Assembly: GCF_006345805.1 (NCBI RefSeq)
Contig: NC_043001.1
Span: forward strand, 75,144,001-75,208,000
DNA: 64,000 nt
Origin: Octopus sinensis
Taxonomy: Eukaryota
Reading direction: 5' to 3'
In this document: in pieces, positions 26,251 to 40,627 of the stretch
How the letters are laid out: every line of letters begins with the position of its first letter
Position numbering within the stretch: position 1 is the stretch's first letter
Program-made: the position numbers and the translations under genes
The notes under the pieces: model-generated
Told to the model about the DNA's origin: nothing
The model's input: only the letters and a program-made list of their open reading frames with translations
Database searches by the model: none

Positions 26251-27683
26251 ACGAGGCAGTACTTAATTATAATATTAATACCAAATATCTTTGAATTACT
26301 TTTTAATTAGGAATGTCGTCTTACTCTATCCGCAATTTTATGCATTTCATTTGATATAAGTTAACAAAATATTCTCATTTTACTGGATGATAGACAGTAT
26401 ACAATCTTAAAATTATGAGGTCATCCGCTAATAAACAGCCCAGTTGAAAGCGCATTTGACTGACCTAAAGATCCTTGATTTAATCCTGGATTCCCTCATT
26501 CTGATTTGGTTTTGATATTATTTCTATATTTGGCATACTTAGAGAGGATAATAAAAAGATTCCGACCATATACCTACAAAATTTTAATCAATCCATCTAC
26601 TTGCAGTTATCTACCTTTTTGATTTTAGAATTTAAAATCTCGTCTAACAATGAATTTTGGTCTCCTAATTGCTCGCATAAACTCAGTTACCTTTTACTTG
26701 TATCAGTCATTGGACTGCGGCTATCCTGGGGCACTACCTTGAAGAGTTTAGTCAATAAATCGACGCCCGTACTTACATTTAAGTTTGGTTTTTATTCTAT
26801 CGGTCTCTTTTGCTGAACCACTAGATTAGGGGGACAGAAAATAACAATGACTGTCTTGCGGTGGTGAGGACAAACACAGAAACACAGACCACACCCACAC
26901 CCTGAGAAGGAAGTATATAGGAAACGTAGAAAGTAAACAAGGGAAAACGAAAACAAAAAACAAAATGTAAGAAATAAAAAGTGAAAAGGTACAAGAGCTA
27001 TCCTCCTTAAACCTTAAATGATAAGGCTTGGAATATATCAAGTTAGTCAGGAATAGGTGGAATTTTCGAATTCTTCAAAACATATTTAAACATATGCATG
27101 CAACCACAGAAAATTACTGACCTGGAGTTGTATAGAGTGTTAGGGATCTTAAATCTGAACAGGATCTGTGTTCTTTCACCCAAACGAACAATTTGATGTA
27201 TCTATGGGGTCATATGATAGTGCTGGCGTCTGTGATTTTCTGGGTTTATTTGCATTAAACACATTGAGATATAGATACCCATCTCATGACGTTGGCCTAT
27301 ACCGTGACGACGGTTTGGTATTTCCCATGAGTGTGATAGTCACATCCTTGATATATTTAGAAAGCAGCTTATTTCTACCTTTAATCAATTAAGACTTACA
27401 ATTACAGTAGCTACGAATCTCTCTATAATTGATTATTTAGATGTTTTCCTAGATCTAAAGTTCTCGTATGAACCTTTCCATAAACCTAATGAGAAACTCG
27501 CATATATACATAAACAGTCTTGTCACCCTCCTGTAATATTTAAAAACCCGAAAGCTAATATTAGTAACAGAGTGTCTAACCTCACGTTTTCTAAAGAAAT
27601 TTTCGAGAAAGCTTCCCCCTATTACAAGGACCTAGCCAATAGTAGCTTCAAAGATAAATTAATATGTAGTCCCTCTAATAATC

Positions 27684-27897
27684 TTTTCTACTCTAGGCCC
27701 AAGGTCCATCATTTTGGGGGAGGGGGGCCAGTCGATTAGATCGACCCCAGTACGCAACTGGTACTTAATTTATCGACCCCGAAAGAATGAAAGGCAAAGT
27801 CGACTTCGGCGGAATTTGAACTCAGAACGTAAAGACAAACGAAATACCGCTAAGCACTTCGCCCAGCGTGCTAAAGTTTCTGCCAGCTCACCGCCCT
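27684..27897 (-). mobile_element. Family B SINE inserted in the PLE, with a probable ~20-bp target-site duplication
   Basis: Full SINE; tatgtagtccctctaataatc lies before and tatgtaatcccctaataataatc after. Confidence 0.85.
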
Positions 27898-28886
27898 ATG
27901 TAATCCCCCTAATAATAATCAAAATATTAATAATAGATCTACTGACATCAAAGATAAAGTAGTATATAACCACTCTAGTATTAATCAGAATAGTAATAAG
28001 AAACCTAAAATCTGGCCGAGGAAAATTATTTGGTTCGCCTCTCTCTTTTCCCTTAGTATAAAAACTAACATTGGTAAAAGATTCTTTTCTCTCCTAAACA
28101 AACGCTTTCCAGCAACTCACAGATACAGGAAAATATTTAATAGGCGTTCTATGAAATTATCCTACAGCTGCTACCCCAGTATGAAGAGTATCGTTACACG
28201 TGGTCAATACCAAGGGCCTAAATCCAGTTGCAACTGTCGCAATCCAGGACCTTGTCCATTTGACCAACAATGTATGACTAAATCTACCATATATGAGGCA
28301 GAAGTTACTGCAACCGCAAATAATAATAAAGTGATAAGAACACCTATATTGATTTGTGTGAAGGTGAATTTAAAAATCGCTATGTTAATTACATGGCCTC
28401 CTTCCGCATAGGAACAAAAGTAAAGCTACTATGTTGTCTAGCTACATATGAACTTTGAAAGAAAATGAAACACTGCATGGGATTAAATGAAAACTAATTG
28501 AGAAATCCATACCTTATGTGAATGGATTAAACAAATGTAGATTTTGGTTGGCTGAAAGAGCACAGATCCTGTTCAGCTCTAAAATCCCTAACCCTCTATA
28601 CAACACCAGGTCAGATTTTTTCAGTCGTTGCTCGCATATGTGTAAATATATTTTGAAGAATTTGAAAATTTCGCCTATTCCTGACTGACTAGATATCTTT
28701 CCAGCCTTATCATTTAAGGTCTAAGGAGGATAGCTCTTTGCCTTTTTACTTTTTACATTTTAGGTTTTGTGTTTTTGTTTTCCGTTTTCTGTTGTTTAGT
28801 TTCTGAGTTTCCTATATGTCACTTTCTCAGTTTTTTCACGTTTCTTCTATTATTCAATTTCGTTAGTTCGTTTTGATGTGTGGTTT

Positions 28887-28939
28887 GTGCCTGAAGAATG
28901 TGTTTGAATTTTCTCTGCATATGAAACTATTAGTAGCGC
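28887..28939 (+). ncRNA. Type I hammerhead ribozyme in the PLE 3' pLTR
   Basis: gtgc-CTGAAGA-atgtg...catat-GAAAC-tatta-GTA-gcgc. Confidence 0.75.
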
Positions 28940-29041
28940 TTTTATGCATGTATTGTGATCTTTAAATAAATAAATAATATATATTCATATGAATATATAA
29001 ATATAAATATATATGTATATATATATATATATATATAAATA

Positions 29042-29127
<86 letters not shown>

Positions 29128-29645
29128 AGAGAGAGAGAGACAGTGTGTGTGTTTGTCCACTGCTACCGCTTAACATTCGGTGTTGATGTGTTTTCCTCCT
29201 TCTAACAAAAGATAGAAATGCTGGGGGCGATCCATTCGAGTAAAAATTCTTCGAAACGACGCCGCAGCATGACCGCACTTTAGTGATTAAAAAAAATGAA
29301 AGATTGCTAGATGATCGTCGGTAATAACTGCCGGTACAAACACACACGTCCACACACATACGCACGCATAAACATATTCATTGCATGACTCATACAAATA
29401 CCTACACACAAAATCACAAATTTAACCTTTGAAACATATGATAACTAGAATGATCGTTGGTAATTAAAAATTTTTATGATGACTATGATTTTCATGTCCA
29501 TTCCTAATACGTTCCGGCAGAATCAGACACGAACAAGCTAACTGCTGTTGTATTTTGTCTACGGTTACTGCAACCGCAAATAATAATAACTAATCTTTAA
29601 TAATCTAATAACAACTAATCTTTCTAGACAATGCGTATATATATA

Positions 29646-30049
<404 letters not shown>

Positions 30050-30095
30050 ATATATTATTATATATATATATATATATAATATATATATATATTAT

Positions 30096-30133
<38 letters not shown>

Positions 30134-30162
30134 ACACACACAAGACAAACGCAAAACAACGC

Positions 30163-30230
<68 letters not shown>

Positions 30231-33120
30231 CAAGAAAAACGCAAAACAACACTATGTCAAGCAACATCCCACATACAAGCAGTTTGAAACAAAAATATTT
30301 CACATACAGAAATTTTACACACACCACAAACAAAAACAACCATAGATTCCCACACACACACAACGATCGGGGACAACAATACCACCATTCCCCCGACCCA
30401 ATACCACACAACCTCACAGACAACTCATACAAACAAAATTACACCCAACATTCTTTAGCCAGGGACCAGAGACACCAGGACACAGGCTGGAACCTAGTAA
30501 TAAGGAAAAACCGAAGATAATCAATCTCTCAACCAAACCTCTTTCTAACATAAAAATTGACATCCTCTCAAAAGGGCTCAAATTTACACCAACTCCACGC
30601 AGAGCCAACCTAAATGAAATCAAGGATAATATAACAGAATTTTGCAGAAAATTAAGACTAGCAGAAGCATCAACCAGTTTCAATACTGAAGATGAATCAC
30701 TAGTCAAGAACAAAAGTGAACACATCCCACACAGAGGAAGAAATAAAGATCTTGATGAATTCTGTAACCACATTGAGAACTTTCCCTACCATACTATACA
30801 TAAACAGAAAGTTAACTCAAATTTTAACACTACACAATGGAAGGAACTGATAGAACTTCAAAATGATGAGGATATAACCATTAAGGAAGCAGACAAGGGA
30901 AATGCAGTTGTAATAATGGATACATCATACTATAGAAATCTTGTAATACCCTTGCTTGATGACGACCTACATTATGAAAAAATTACCAACCACACCCCAC
31001 AAAAAATAATGAAAACTCTATCTTCACTAATTAAAACCCATGAAAAGGAACTAACAACCAAAGAGATTGACTTTCTAACAAACTTTAAATGCAAACCTAG
31101 CCTTTTCTATGGTCTGCCAAAAATGCATAAAAGCCAAATTATAAATGAAACCATTAAAAAATCACCAAAGACATACATACACACACCTAACCCGGGGGAC
31201 CTAAAACTACGACCCATTGTAGCTGGCCCAACCTGTGAAACACACAGACTAAGTCTATTTATGGACATCCTCCTGAAACCCTTCCTTAAACATATCGATA
31301 GCCATATCAGAGATGACTTAGATATGTTAAACCACCTCCCAAAAAAAGCCAAGGAAGAAACAATCCTGGTTTCATTTGATGTAGTTAACTTGTATACCAG
31401 TATACCTCATAATTATGGACTAGAGGCAATACAGTTCTGGCTGGACCAATTTCCGGAAGAAATACTAAAAAGGATCAGTAAAGAATTCATTACTAAATCA
31501 ATTGAATTCATCCTACATAATAACCACTTCATGTTTGACAATACATTTTACCGTCAAAAATCCGGAATTGCTATGGGTACAAGGGCAGCACCAGTCATTG
31601 CGAACCTAACAATGGGCTACATGGAAATAATCATTTACCAGGAATCTTTATCAATCTTTGGAAACCCCCTTTCTCAATACATAAAAGAGAATTGGAAACG
31701 ATTCTTAGACGATTGTTTTATACTCTGGAATGAAAACACAGATAAACTCCTAAAATTTAAAAACCTATTGAACAGCATAAACCCAAATATACAGTTCACA
31801 ATGGAATACAACCAAAAGGAGCTCCCGTTCTAATACTAATTAAAAAAATTAACCTTAAAATAGAAACAGACATTTTTTACAAAGCCACAGACGCCAAACA
31901 ATACCTTCTTTTTAATTCATGCCACCCAAGACACACTAAAACAAACATCCCCTTCAACCTTGCAAGAAGGATTTGCACAATAGTGTCAGAACAAAATACC
32001 AGGAACTTTAGACTGCAAGAACTCAAAAACACCCTAATTGACAGACATTACCCAGCTCAACTCATAGAGGATGGGATCAGACGTGCAACAGAAATCAACA
32101 TAGAAACTTTAAGAAAAGTTCAACACAACAACACACCTTCCCCGAAAATACTACCTTACATATCTACATACAACCCCAGAAACAAAGAAGCCTTCACCAT
32201 CATCACCCAGAATTTACCAATACTTCATAAGGACCCCAAATTAAAGGAAATTCTAAACATACACCAAATCATTAAAAGCTACAAACAACCTAAATCACTT
32301 AAAAAGATTCTCACAAAGGCAAAATTGTTTTCTGAAATTACGGATGCAAAAGTAAAAAAAATGTGGTAGATCGAACTGTGCAACATGTCCAAACCTGCTA
32401 GAAGGATCAGAATTCCTCTTTAAAGAGGGACTGAAATTCAAGATCAAATCTAACTTTACTTGTGCCTCTGAAAACATAATTTATGTCATAAAATGCTCGG
32501 GCTGCCACCAAGACTACGTGGGATCCACGGGACTATCACTCAGACGTAGATGCACACTGCATGGACAACAGATTGCATTCCCAGAATACAGAATGATACC
32601 TTTTAGTGAGCACATTGAGAAATGCGCAAAACAACTACTACCACAAATTTTAATCTTTCCATTTTACCAATGTGCTATCGGATCATCAACACAAATTAGA
32701 CTAAACAAGGAAACATTCTCCATTTAAAAGTACAAGCCCAGACTTAACCATGCCAACATACTGATACAGAGAAATTCACACCAAGGGAAAGGAAAAAATT
32801 TTTTTTTAATTTTAAGCGATTATCTCCCTTATACCGGAAGAAATCACTCATTACTTCCCCTTATTTAGAACTCTTTTAAACATAAACATAAAGATAACTC
32901 TGTTCAAGATAAACATAACGTCGCAAGAAATTTGAAAAGCTAAACGCGGAACCGGTCTTTCTTCTAAATTATGTCATTGTAAGAAAACTGTTTTTAATAT
33001 TCTTCAGACATATTGACGCAAATATATATATATTTTTTAACCTTTAAGCCTTCTGTAGTTTTTTCACTTTTTACCATTTTCTATATATTCAACCACGTGC
33101 TTTAACAAACCAACTTTCTT
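30231..33120 (+). mobile_element. Penelope-like element (Neptune-like), near full length, frameshifted
   Basis: INLS..LSKGLKFTPTP, EADKGNAVV, YGLPKMHK, LRPIV, SFDVVNLYTSIP, GIAMGTRAAP, WKRFLDD, SCHP, CGRSNCATC linker, NIIYVIKC..YVGST; flanked by (TA)n and (TC)n(TA)n. Confidence 0.9.
32925..32963 (+). ncRNA. Degenerate minimal hammerhead variant in the PLE 3' region
   Basis: aagaaa-TTTGAAAA-gc-taaac-gc-GGAAC-cg-GTC-tttctt; 6-bp stem I, palindromic ACCGGT, mutated core. Confidence 0.45.
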
Positions 33121-33122
33121 AT

Positions 33123-33207
<85 letters not shown>

Positions 33208-33467
33208 TCGTTCATGTTTCATAAGAGTGTATCTATGTCTAGGCACATGCATATCTTCGAGGTCGAAGGTACTCCGGATCAAAGCGAGAATTTTGGTTCT
33301 TGTTCATAGAAATCAGCAAATTATTTGCTGATGTACGCTTATTAATTATTGGCTTGACACACATATGTCTATAATTACTTTGTTTTTTTTTCTGTTCTCC
33401 GTACACGTTATTAATAACAAACAAAACAAATGCGCAATGCACGATGGGATAATTAAACATAAATAGT

Positions 33468-33473
33468 TTTATT
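33468..33473 (-). promoter_or_regulatory. Candidate polyadenylation signal (AATAAA) of the SRCR gene
   Basis: 36 nt downstream of the predicted stop codon. Confidence 0.45.
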
Positions 33474-33509
33474 CATTAATAAAAAATAAGAACTAAGAAA
33501 CATTGTTAG

Positions 33510-33553
33510 TTAGCCAATGATGGTTCTACGGCTCGGCATTGTGGGTGGTGAGC
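33510..33553 (-). CDS. Multi-SRCR protein, predicted terminal exon (GSPPTMPSRRTIIG*)
   Basis: tattttcag acceptor; phase 1 matches exon 38712-38881; stop TAA followed by AATAAA. Confidence 0.6.
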
Positions 33554-34249
33554 CTGAAAATATAAAATAAATTGTCATACAATACTAGAAATCGAACGAC
33601 AAATGAAAATAAAGAAAAATAAAACTTAAATTGAATTATTCTGTAAGCTTATTAAATGATGTTATATTTTAAGTAAATGTCTTAAATACATTTCAGATAT
33701 TCATTAATAAAAGAAACTTTAAAATCTAATTTTGATAAAAATATATATTAATATTGGAATTACTTAGAATATTCTAGATAGCGTAGACTTAAATAATTGC
33801 CCTCTTTATCAATAGATGTTATATACTCCAAGTTAATTAATAAACAGCTTTTATTTATTATAGTATAGATGACGATTATTGAAAAGAGAATGGAAGCTAC
33901 AATCAGGGTTTTCCCAAGAATATGATAGCTAAAATGAAAGCCTTTGTATTTATATTATATGAAGACCGTTCGTCACATGATTATCAAACTAAATGTTTCA
34001 GTCAGGATAGGCACTTAAGTATTTATTTTCACCTCTGTTAAAACTTGGTAGAATCAAATATAGTTTTCACCGCAGCAACTGTAACTTCAGAGAAACAATA
34101 ATTCCTTTTCCTGTTTTCTTCACACATAACTATTTCTGTAAGGTCGCTGGTATGTTACCAATAAAGATAGCCATCGGTACGTCACAAAGATTAGTAAGAC
34201 TTGGATCTATGATTATGTTATCTCCTCTCTCTTTTTTCTTTCTTTCTAT

Positions 34250-34292
<43 letters not shown>

Positions 34293-34419
34293 TCTTTGTT
34301 TACCCTTCACATTCTTGAGTTTATTTTTCATGACGTACCCAATTTTCGTTCAAGAAAAGAGACTCTTGATGTGTTTCGCAAACCAAGACCAACAATAACT
34401 ATAACAAGAATGATAATCC

Positions 34420-34775
34420 TTTGTACTATAAACACAAGACCTGCCATTTTGGGGGAGGGAGGGGGCTATCCATCACATTAACCCCAATTCTTGTCTAGTA
34501 TCGATCACAAAAGGACGAAAGGCAAAGTCGATCTCGGCAGAATTTGAACTCAGAATGTAAAGCTGAAAGAAATGCATCTAAACACTTTGTCCGGCGTGGT
34601 AACAGTCTTGCCAGCTCACCACCTTAACAACAACAACAACAACAATAATAATACTTTCTACTATATGCACAAGGCCTGAGATTTTTGGGGAGGGGATAGA
34701 TCGATTACATCGACTCCAGTATTCAACTGATACTTATTTTATCAAGCCCGAAAGGATGAAAGGCAAAGTCGACAT
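34420..34775 (-). mobile_element. Two family B SINE copies
   Basis: aaaggcaaagtcgatctcggcagaatttgaactcagaa...gccagctcacc. Confidence 0.75.
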
Positions 34776-35929
34776 ACCCTGGTGCAGAACCAGGCACTGG
34801 TTTTCATGGCTTCTGATCTTAACTGATTGGGAGTGTTATCATGTATATTTTTTTATCTTGGTATAAAAGATGGGCTACAACAAATACCATCAGCTGATTG
34901 ACCTTAATCAGTTGACCATGTCTTTTGGTGGCTGACGGTTTGTACATCTCTGATCACGAGCAGAAGCAGTGAGGGAATATCATAGCCATGTGTTCAGAGG
35001 AATTCTTTGGGATTTGAATAAGTCACTTCTGCAAACATGGGTATTTCATTAAACATCCTCAAATAACCCTTATTCAGTGATCTTTCGAGCGAGATTGGCT
35101 ACTCAATTTGAAGAAAGTTATAACTTGGCCCCACCTACAAGGTCATGCGCTATTTATCTTGATACGAGTTCACCATGTTGCGCACATATGGTTGTGATGC
35201 ATGTACGTGGTGTATCCTTATCAGACGGGTAGTCATGATGGGTATACTGGGTTTCGTATATTTTACCCAAGTGTCACTGGTGGAATGCGCTGCTCTCTCA
35301 CTCAATCATAATAGTAATAGTAATAGTAATAATAATAATAATAACAACAACAACAACAACAACAATAATAATAATAACGATAATAAATATTATAATAACT
35401 TTAAATTTTGTGACAGGAGTGCAGATTTTGAGGGGAGGGAAAAATACGATTATGTCGACCCCAGTACCTGACCGGTATTTATTTTATAGACCCCGAAAGG
35501 ATGATAAGCAAAGTCGATCACGGTGTAGAAATTGTTTAAAATTTTTAGCAAGCAGGCCAATAGCGGATTAAATCTATTCTCTCACTAGTATTTCCCTTTA
35601 TCGACTCAAAAAGGATAAAAACCAAAGTCGATCTGGACGAAATTTCAACTGAGAACGTAAAGAGCTGGAAAAAGAAGCCGTTAGGGAATTTTGTCTGACG
35701 CTCTAACAATTCTACTACCTAGTATCGTAAATAATAACAACATCAACAATAACAACAATAATGAGAAGAAGAAGAAGAAGAAGAAGAAGAAGAAGAAGAA
35801 GAAGAAGAAGAAGGTGTGGGAACTGTGGAAGAATATGAGAAAAAGAAAACGAGTGAAAAGTATCTAGGGAAAAGAAGAGATCTGTCAGGATCTCAAATAA
35901 AAGTAGGATGTTGCAACAGATAAATCTTG

Positions 35930-36545
35930 ATTATGGCTGAAGAATAGAGAGCCGAAAAAAGAAACGGAAGGACCAAACGTCAGTCATTAGAAATGAATGT
36001 CGTTAAGGCAAGAGTAGACAGAGCTATTGAGGTACTAAGCACATTCTGCACATAATAAATTGTTGTGGTCCATTTGCACAGAAGTATAGACGCATACACA
36101 ATTATGTAACCGGGACGTATTACGGCAAAAGGGATTTAAAGTAAACCGAAACTGTTACCAACACCAACCAGAGAGTGTGGCAGAGAACGAACTATTTAGG
36201 GTCATAAGGGACCTTAATATACAGACTGACTATGAAATTCAAACAAGACGGCCAGATAATAATCATTCTGGAGTAGATGTTAAACGAGTGAATCATCATA
36301 GTTGTGGCTGTCTGCTGATATGAATGTAGCGGTCAGAGGACAGGAGAAAATAGATAAATTCGATGACTTCGCTAAGGAAATGCGAAGACTGTGGGGGGTT
36401 TCCGCAAACGTAATCCCAGCAGTTACATACGCTTTAGATACTCTTTAGACACCAACAAACTCAAAAGCTTCTTTTCCCACTTTTTTTTAGTCTAACTACA
36501 AGAGTTTCATTAATATAGAAATCTGCTCTGTTAACTACAGTAAAA
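35930..36545 (+). mobile_element. Decayed RLE-type (R4/Dong-like) LINE 3' fragment
   Basis: WLKNREPKKETEG, QTDYEIQTRRPD, QEKIDKFDDFAKEMRRLWG. Confidence 0.6.
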
Positions 36546-36764
36546 GTTGTTCGAAAGAGCTTCGATATCTAAAGAAACTGATTGGTGAGCCTCAAAGATA
36601 CTGATTTCAAATGTAAGACGTTTGTGCATGCCATACGATGATGATAATAATACATACATGCATAAATACGTACATAGGTACGAAGGTACGTGCATGCATG
36701 CATGCAAGCATACATTCATACATACATACATACATACATACATACGTACATACATACATGCAAG

Positions 36765-37120
36765 GAGTACTCAATAAAATGTAAACACAATATACCTGAT
36801 ATAATGATTTGGGATAGAGAAGGGAAGCTGTGTACAGTTGTCGAAATTAGCTGCCAAGTGGATGTTAACATAAAGCTGAAGATCAGTGAAAAAGAGAATA
36901 CCTATGTTGGACTATTGAGAAATCTGCAGTTACTCTATCCAGATTACAAGTTCGGGTTTATACCTGTAATTATTGGGGCCCTGGGATATGTAACACACTG
37001 CCTAAATATCAATCTTGAGAAATTAGGCTTCTCAAAACCAGAAAGGATTAGGCTGATTCGAAGCCTACAGATCATTGGAAATGTAAAAATCTGAATAACT
37101 TTCCAGAAGTTAATCATTTT
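36765..37120 (+). mobile_element. RLE-type LINE 3' fragment
   Basis: CKHNIPDIMIWD..VVEISC..EKENTY..FIPVIIGALG (PD..E/D..K restriction-like endonuclease). Confidence 0.75.
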
Positions 37121-37206
37121 AGTATATATAAGCAGGTCTAGACATGCGACTATATACATTAAAAGACATACATAAAACGAAGCATACATATCTGCACGTA
37201 CACATA

Positions 37207-38405
37207 CAAGGGTTGGACAAAATAATGGAAACACCTAGCATCATAGCATCATAATTTTGAAATATCTATAAAACCGTCAAAAGCTTGTCTATTTTTGCTT
37301 TTTGATTTATTATATGTTTTGCTAAAATTGCTGTTTGTTTTCAGATATCATTAGAAAAAGGTAATTAAAATTCATTAAGATGACAGATCTATCGAACTTT
37401 CAAAGAGGTCAAGTTGTTGGTGCTTGTATGGCAGGTGCTAGTGTAACGAAAACAGCCGAAATATTTGGTGTATCAAGAAGCACTGTCTCGAAAGTAATGA
37501 CAGCCTTTGAGAAAGAGGGAAAAACCTCCTCGTCGAAACAAAACTCTGGAAGAAAACCAAAATTCTCAGATAGAGATTGTCGGACTCTTGTGCTAATAGT
37601 TAGAAAGGATCACAAAAGTACAGATGCCAAAATTATTGCAGAGCTTAATGACCATCTCGAGAACCTAGTTTCCAGAAAAGCTGTTCGCCGGGAGCTGCAC
37701 AAAGCCGGATTTTACAGGAGGGCTGCAATCAGAAAACTACTACTTGCAAAAAACAAGGCGGTAAAGCGTTTAGAGTGGAGTAAAAATCTACAGAAATGGT
37801 CCCTAGAGCAGTGGAAGAACGTTATTTTCTCGGACGAGTCATCCTTTACTTTATTCCCGACCACCAGCCGAGTATACGTGTGGAGACAGCCAAAAGAAGC
37901 ATTTGCTCAGATTGCCTTCTCCCAACTGTTAAACGTGGGGGAAGATCTGTGATGATCTGCTGGTGGTGGGGAGTATATCTTGGAAATCCACTGGCCCAAT
38001 GGTTTCCCTTCATGGCAGAATTAATAGTCAAGACTATTTAAGCATTTTATCTGATCAAATTCATCCTATGGTTGCGGAACTGCTTCCGGAGGGAAACACA
38101 ATCTTCAGGATGATAATGCACCAATTCATATAGATAAAGGTGTTACTGAATGGCCCAGATCTCAATATTATTGAACATTTATGGTGCATTTTAGAAAAGA
38201 AAACAAGTAAGGAGTCGATATCTTCAACCATCATCACTACAAGAAATGGAGACTGTTTTAGCTGAAGAATGGACAAAAATTCCTTTGGAAAGAATTCAAA
38301 CTCGTGTAATTCAAGCTATAATTACTGCCAAAAGCGGTCCTACCCCATATTAAAATAAATTTCTTTGAAATTTTAAGGTGTTTCCATTATTTTGCCCAAC
38401 CCCTG
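37207..38405 (+). mobile_element. Tc1-family DNA transposon with TIRs and TA TSD; frameshifted transposase starting at 37380
   Basis: TIRs caagggttggacaaaataatggaaacacct / aggtgtttccattattttgcccaacccctg; HTH region, VIFSDESSF, QDDNAPIH, PDLNIIEHLW. Confidence 0.95.
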
Positions 38406-38560
38406 TACATACATACATACATACATACATACATACAAAAATACCCTGTTGTTGATGTAATCCCAATGAATGCGCATTGGATCTAGGTTAGAAAAGGGCT
38501 GTTTCTTTATTGGCGAGAAATCTTGAAATAAAAATTGAATATTGATATACACACACATAC

Positions 38561-38608
<48 letters not shown>

Positions 38609-38711
38609 GCCTATATATCATAAACAGAGAAGACATACTTCTGGCCACAGGCCTAAACAATAATAATAACAAACTTTTAAATTAAGTTAAAATGTAAAAC
38701 ATAAATAATAC

Positions 38712-38881
38712 CATTATGGCAGATAGCGCCAGCTTCGTGTCTATGACTGCAATGGTTCCATTTCCACGGGGCATGAGGGCAATCGAAAAGACTGGATTCC
38801 ATGCCTCTACATTTCACGCGGTTCAACCAAATTGGTTTCTTCGAAGGTAGAAATATATTCGTTTCAGTTGCTCTTCCATAT
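38712..38881 (-). CDS. Multi-SRCR protein exon (second half of an SRCR domain)
   Basis: PIWLNRVKCRGMESSLFDCPHAPWKWNHCSHRHEAGAIC; AG/GT; phase 2 to 1. Confidence 0.9.
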
Positions 38882-39195
38882 CTACAAGAACGAATATATA
38901 TTGATCTCAAATTTTGACACAAGACTGGTAATTTTGAGGAGTCGGTAAATAGATTACATCGATTCCGGCCCTCAGCTGATACTTATATTATCGAATCCGA
39001 AAGGATGAAAGGCAAAGTTAACCTCGACGGAATATGAACTCAAAGCATTGTACTTTACTTTTGAAAATCTTGTTTTCAAAAAATTGAAACCAGCCAAGTC
39101 AATAAACATCTTTTAAAGACCCTTGCATTTTCAAATCCTTTTCCCTATATATTTTCACTCGTGCGGTACCTTCCAATTTGACTTTGTTATATATA

Positions 39196-39243
<48 letters not shown>

Positions 39244-39481
39244 TATATATATTTGTGTATGTGTGTGTGTGTGTGTGTGTGTGTAACATTTATCTATTCT
39301 TATCTCAAAGGCAATTCAATAGAATGATACTACTGCATCTTTACAGGTTTACAGTAATGATATGTAGAATTTAAACGTTATCATATCTCGGAACTAATCG
39401 TTTATTATTATATAAATAAGTTGTGGTGTAGAGATGTGTGAATGCAGGCATATGAATGAAAAGAAAACAAAAAGAAAATAC

Positions 39482-39623
39482 CTGTAGCCTAGCATTTTGC
39501 AGGCAACAGTTGCACTCGTATCATCCCAGTCGTCAAAGCATACCGTACCCCATACTCCTTTATACTCAACTTCCACACGTCCCTCACTACTATTTCGTCC
39601 ATCTTGAAGTCGAACACCAACAT
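39482..39623 (-). CDS. Multi-SRCR protein exon (first half)
   Basis: VRLQDGRNSSEGRVEVEYKGVWGTVCFDDWDDTSATVACKMLGY; phase 1 to 2. Confidence 0.95.
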
Positions 39624-40384
39624 CTATGATAGAAGAAAAGGAAACAAAATAAATGTACATTTCTGAATTACGATTCAGTTTTCAGAATAACTTTTTAAAC
39701 AATGCTTTCATGTACAAACAATGTTTGCAAAAATGTTAGCAAGGGTAAAGAAAAAAATGGGAACTTACATTGTTTTAAAACACCAAATATATTAAATAAG
39801 TTGCAGCTATGTCGCAATATTTTCTCCCTTTCTTTACGCTCTAAGTATAAATTTCACCGATGTCAAATTTACCTTTCATTCTTGAGGGAACGATCAAATA
39901 AACTACCTGTCAAATACTAGGGATGATATAATCGACTGACTCCTTCCCTTCAAAATTGTTGATCTTGTACCTAAATTAGAAGCCTTATTCTCAGCTTACT
40001 GTAGAATGTTGTAGTCGAAAACTCAAGTTATACACAAATTGTGATGCTCTTTTTTCAATGAACTACACTACTTATCATAATGTAGTTCACTGCAATTAAA
40101 AATTTTCTCAGTTGTATTTTAGATATGAATATATAACATTTTCAATCTAAGGTTGTATTTGATATATTATGAAGTTTTAATTTTACACAAGATTGCTTAT
40201 ATAAAGTATAACATAATAATATTTGTGTATTTCCAAATGGAGTACATTTGGAAGGGAGAGGGTTAGTCTTTATTATTGACTCTGTTACTTGGCTTGATAC
40301 TCCAGTTTACTTTTCTCGGCGGTGTGGGATGAAAGTATAAGTTGATTTCGGTGATACCTCGACTCAGAACAGAGAGAGAAAAAA

Positions 40385-40590
40385 TACTAGTTTCAAATTC
40401 TGGCACAAAAGTTTTGGAGGAGGATGAGTCAATTACATCAACCCCAGTACTCAAGTACATAATATACAAAATTTATTTTATCGACCCCGAAAAGATAAAA
40501 AGCAAAGTCGACTTCGGCAGAATTTGAACATAAAACGCAAAGGCAGACGAAATGCCGCTAAGCATCTTGTCAAGCATGCTGACGACTCTG
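40385..40590 (-). mobile_element. Family B SINE (further copies ~35400-35720, 38905-39040, 44050-44225, 44685-44890, 51280-51480, 54030-54245)
   Basis: tttatcgaccccgaaaagataaaaagcaaagtcgacttcggcagaatttgaac. Confidence 0.75.
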
Positions 40591-40627
40591 CATTTATTGA
40601 AATATGAAATTATATTATATATAAATC

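Larger units (their letters stand above)
26902..28985 (+). mobile_element. 5'-truncated Penelope-like element (Naiad-like) with an inverted pLTR segment at its 5' end
   Basis: FDVSMGSYDSAGVCD, GLYRDDGL, KLSYSCYPSMK, CNCRNPGPCPFDQQC, STIYEAEV; 26902-27150 is an inverted copy of 28582-28830. Confidence 0.85.

Noticed and set aside
32950-33013. Minus-strand CTGAAGA...GAAAG as a hammerhead
   Set aside because: Stem I does not pair; the plus-strand variant at 32925-32963 fits better.
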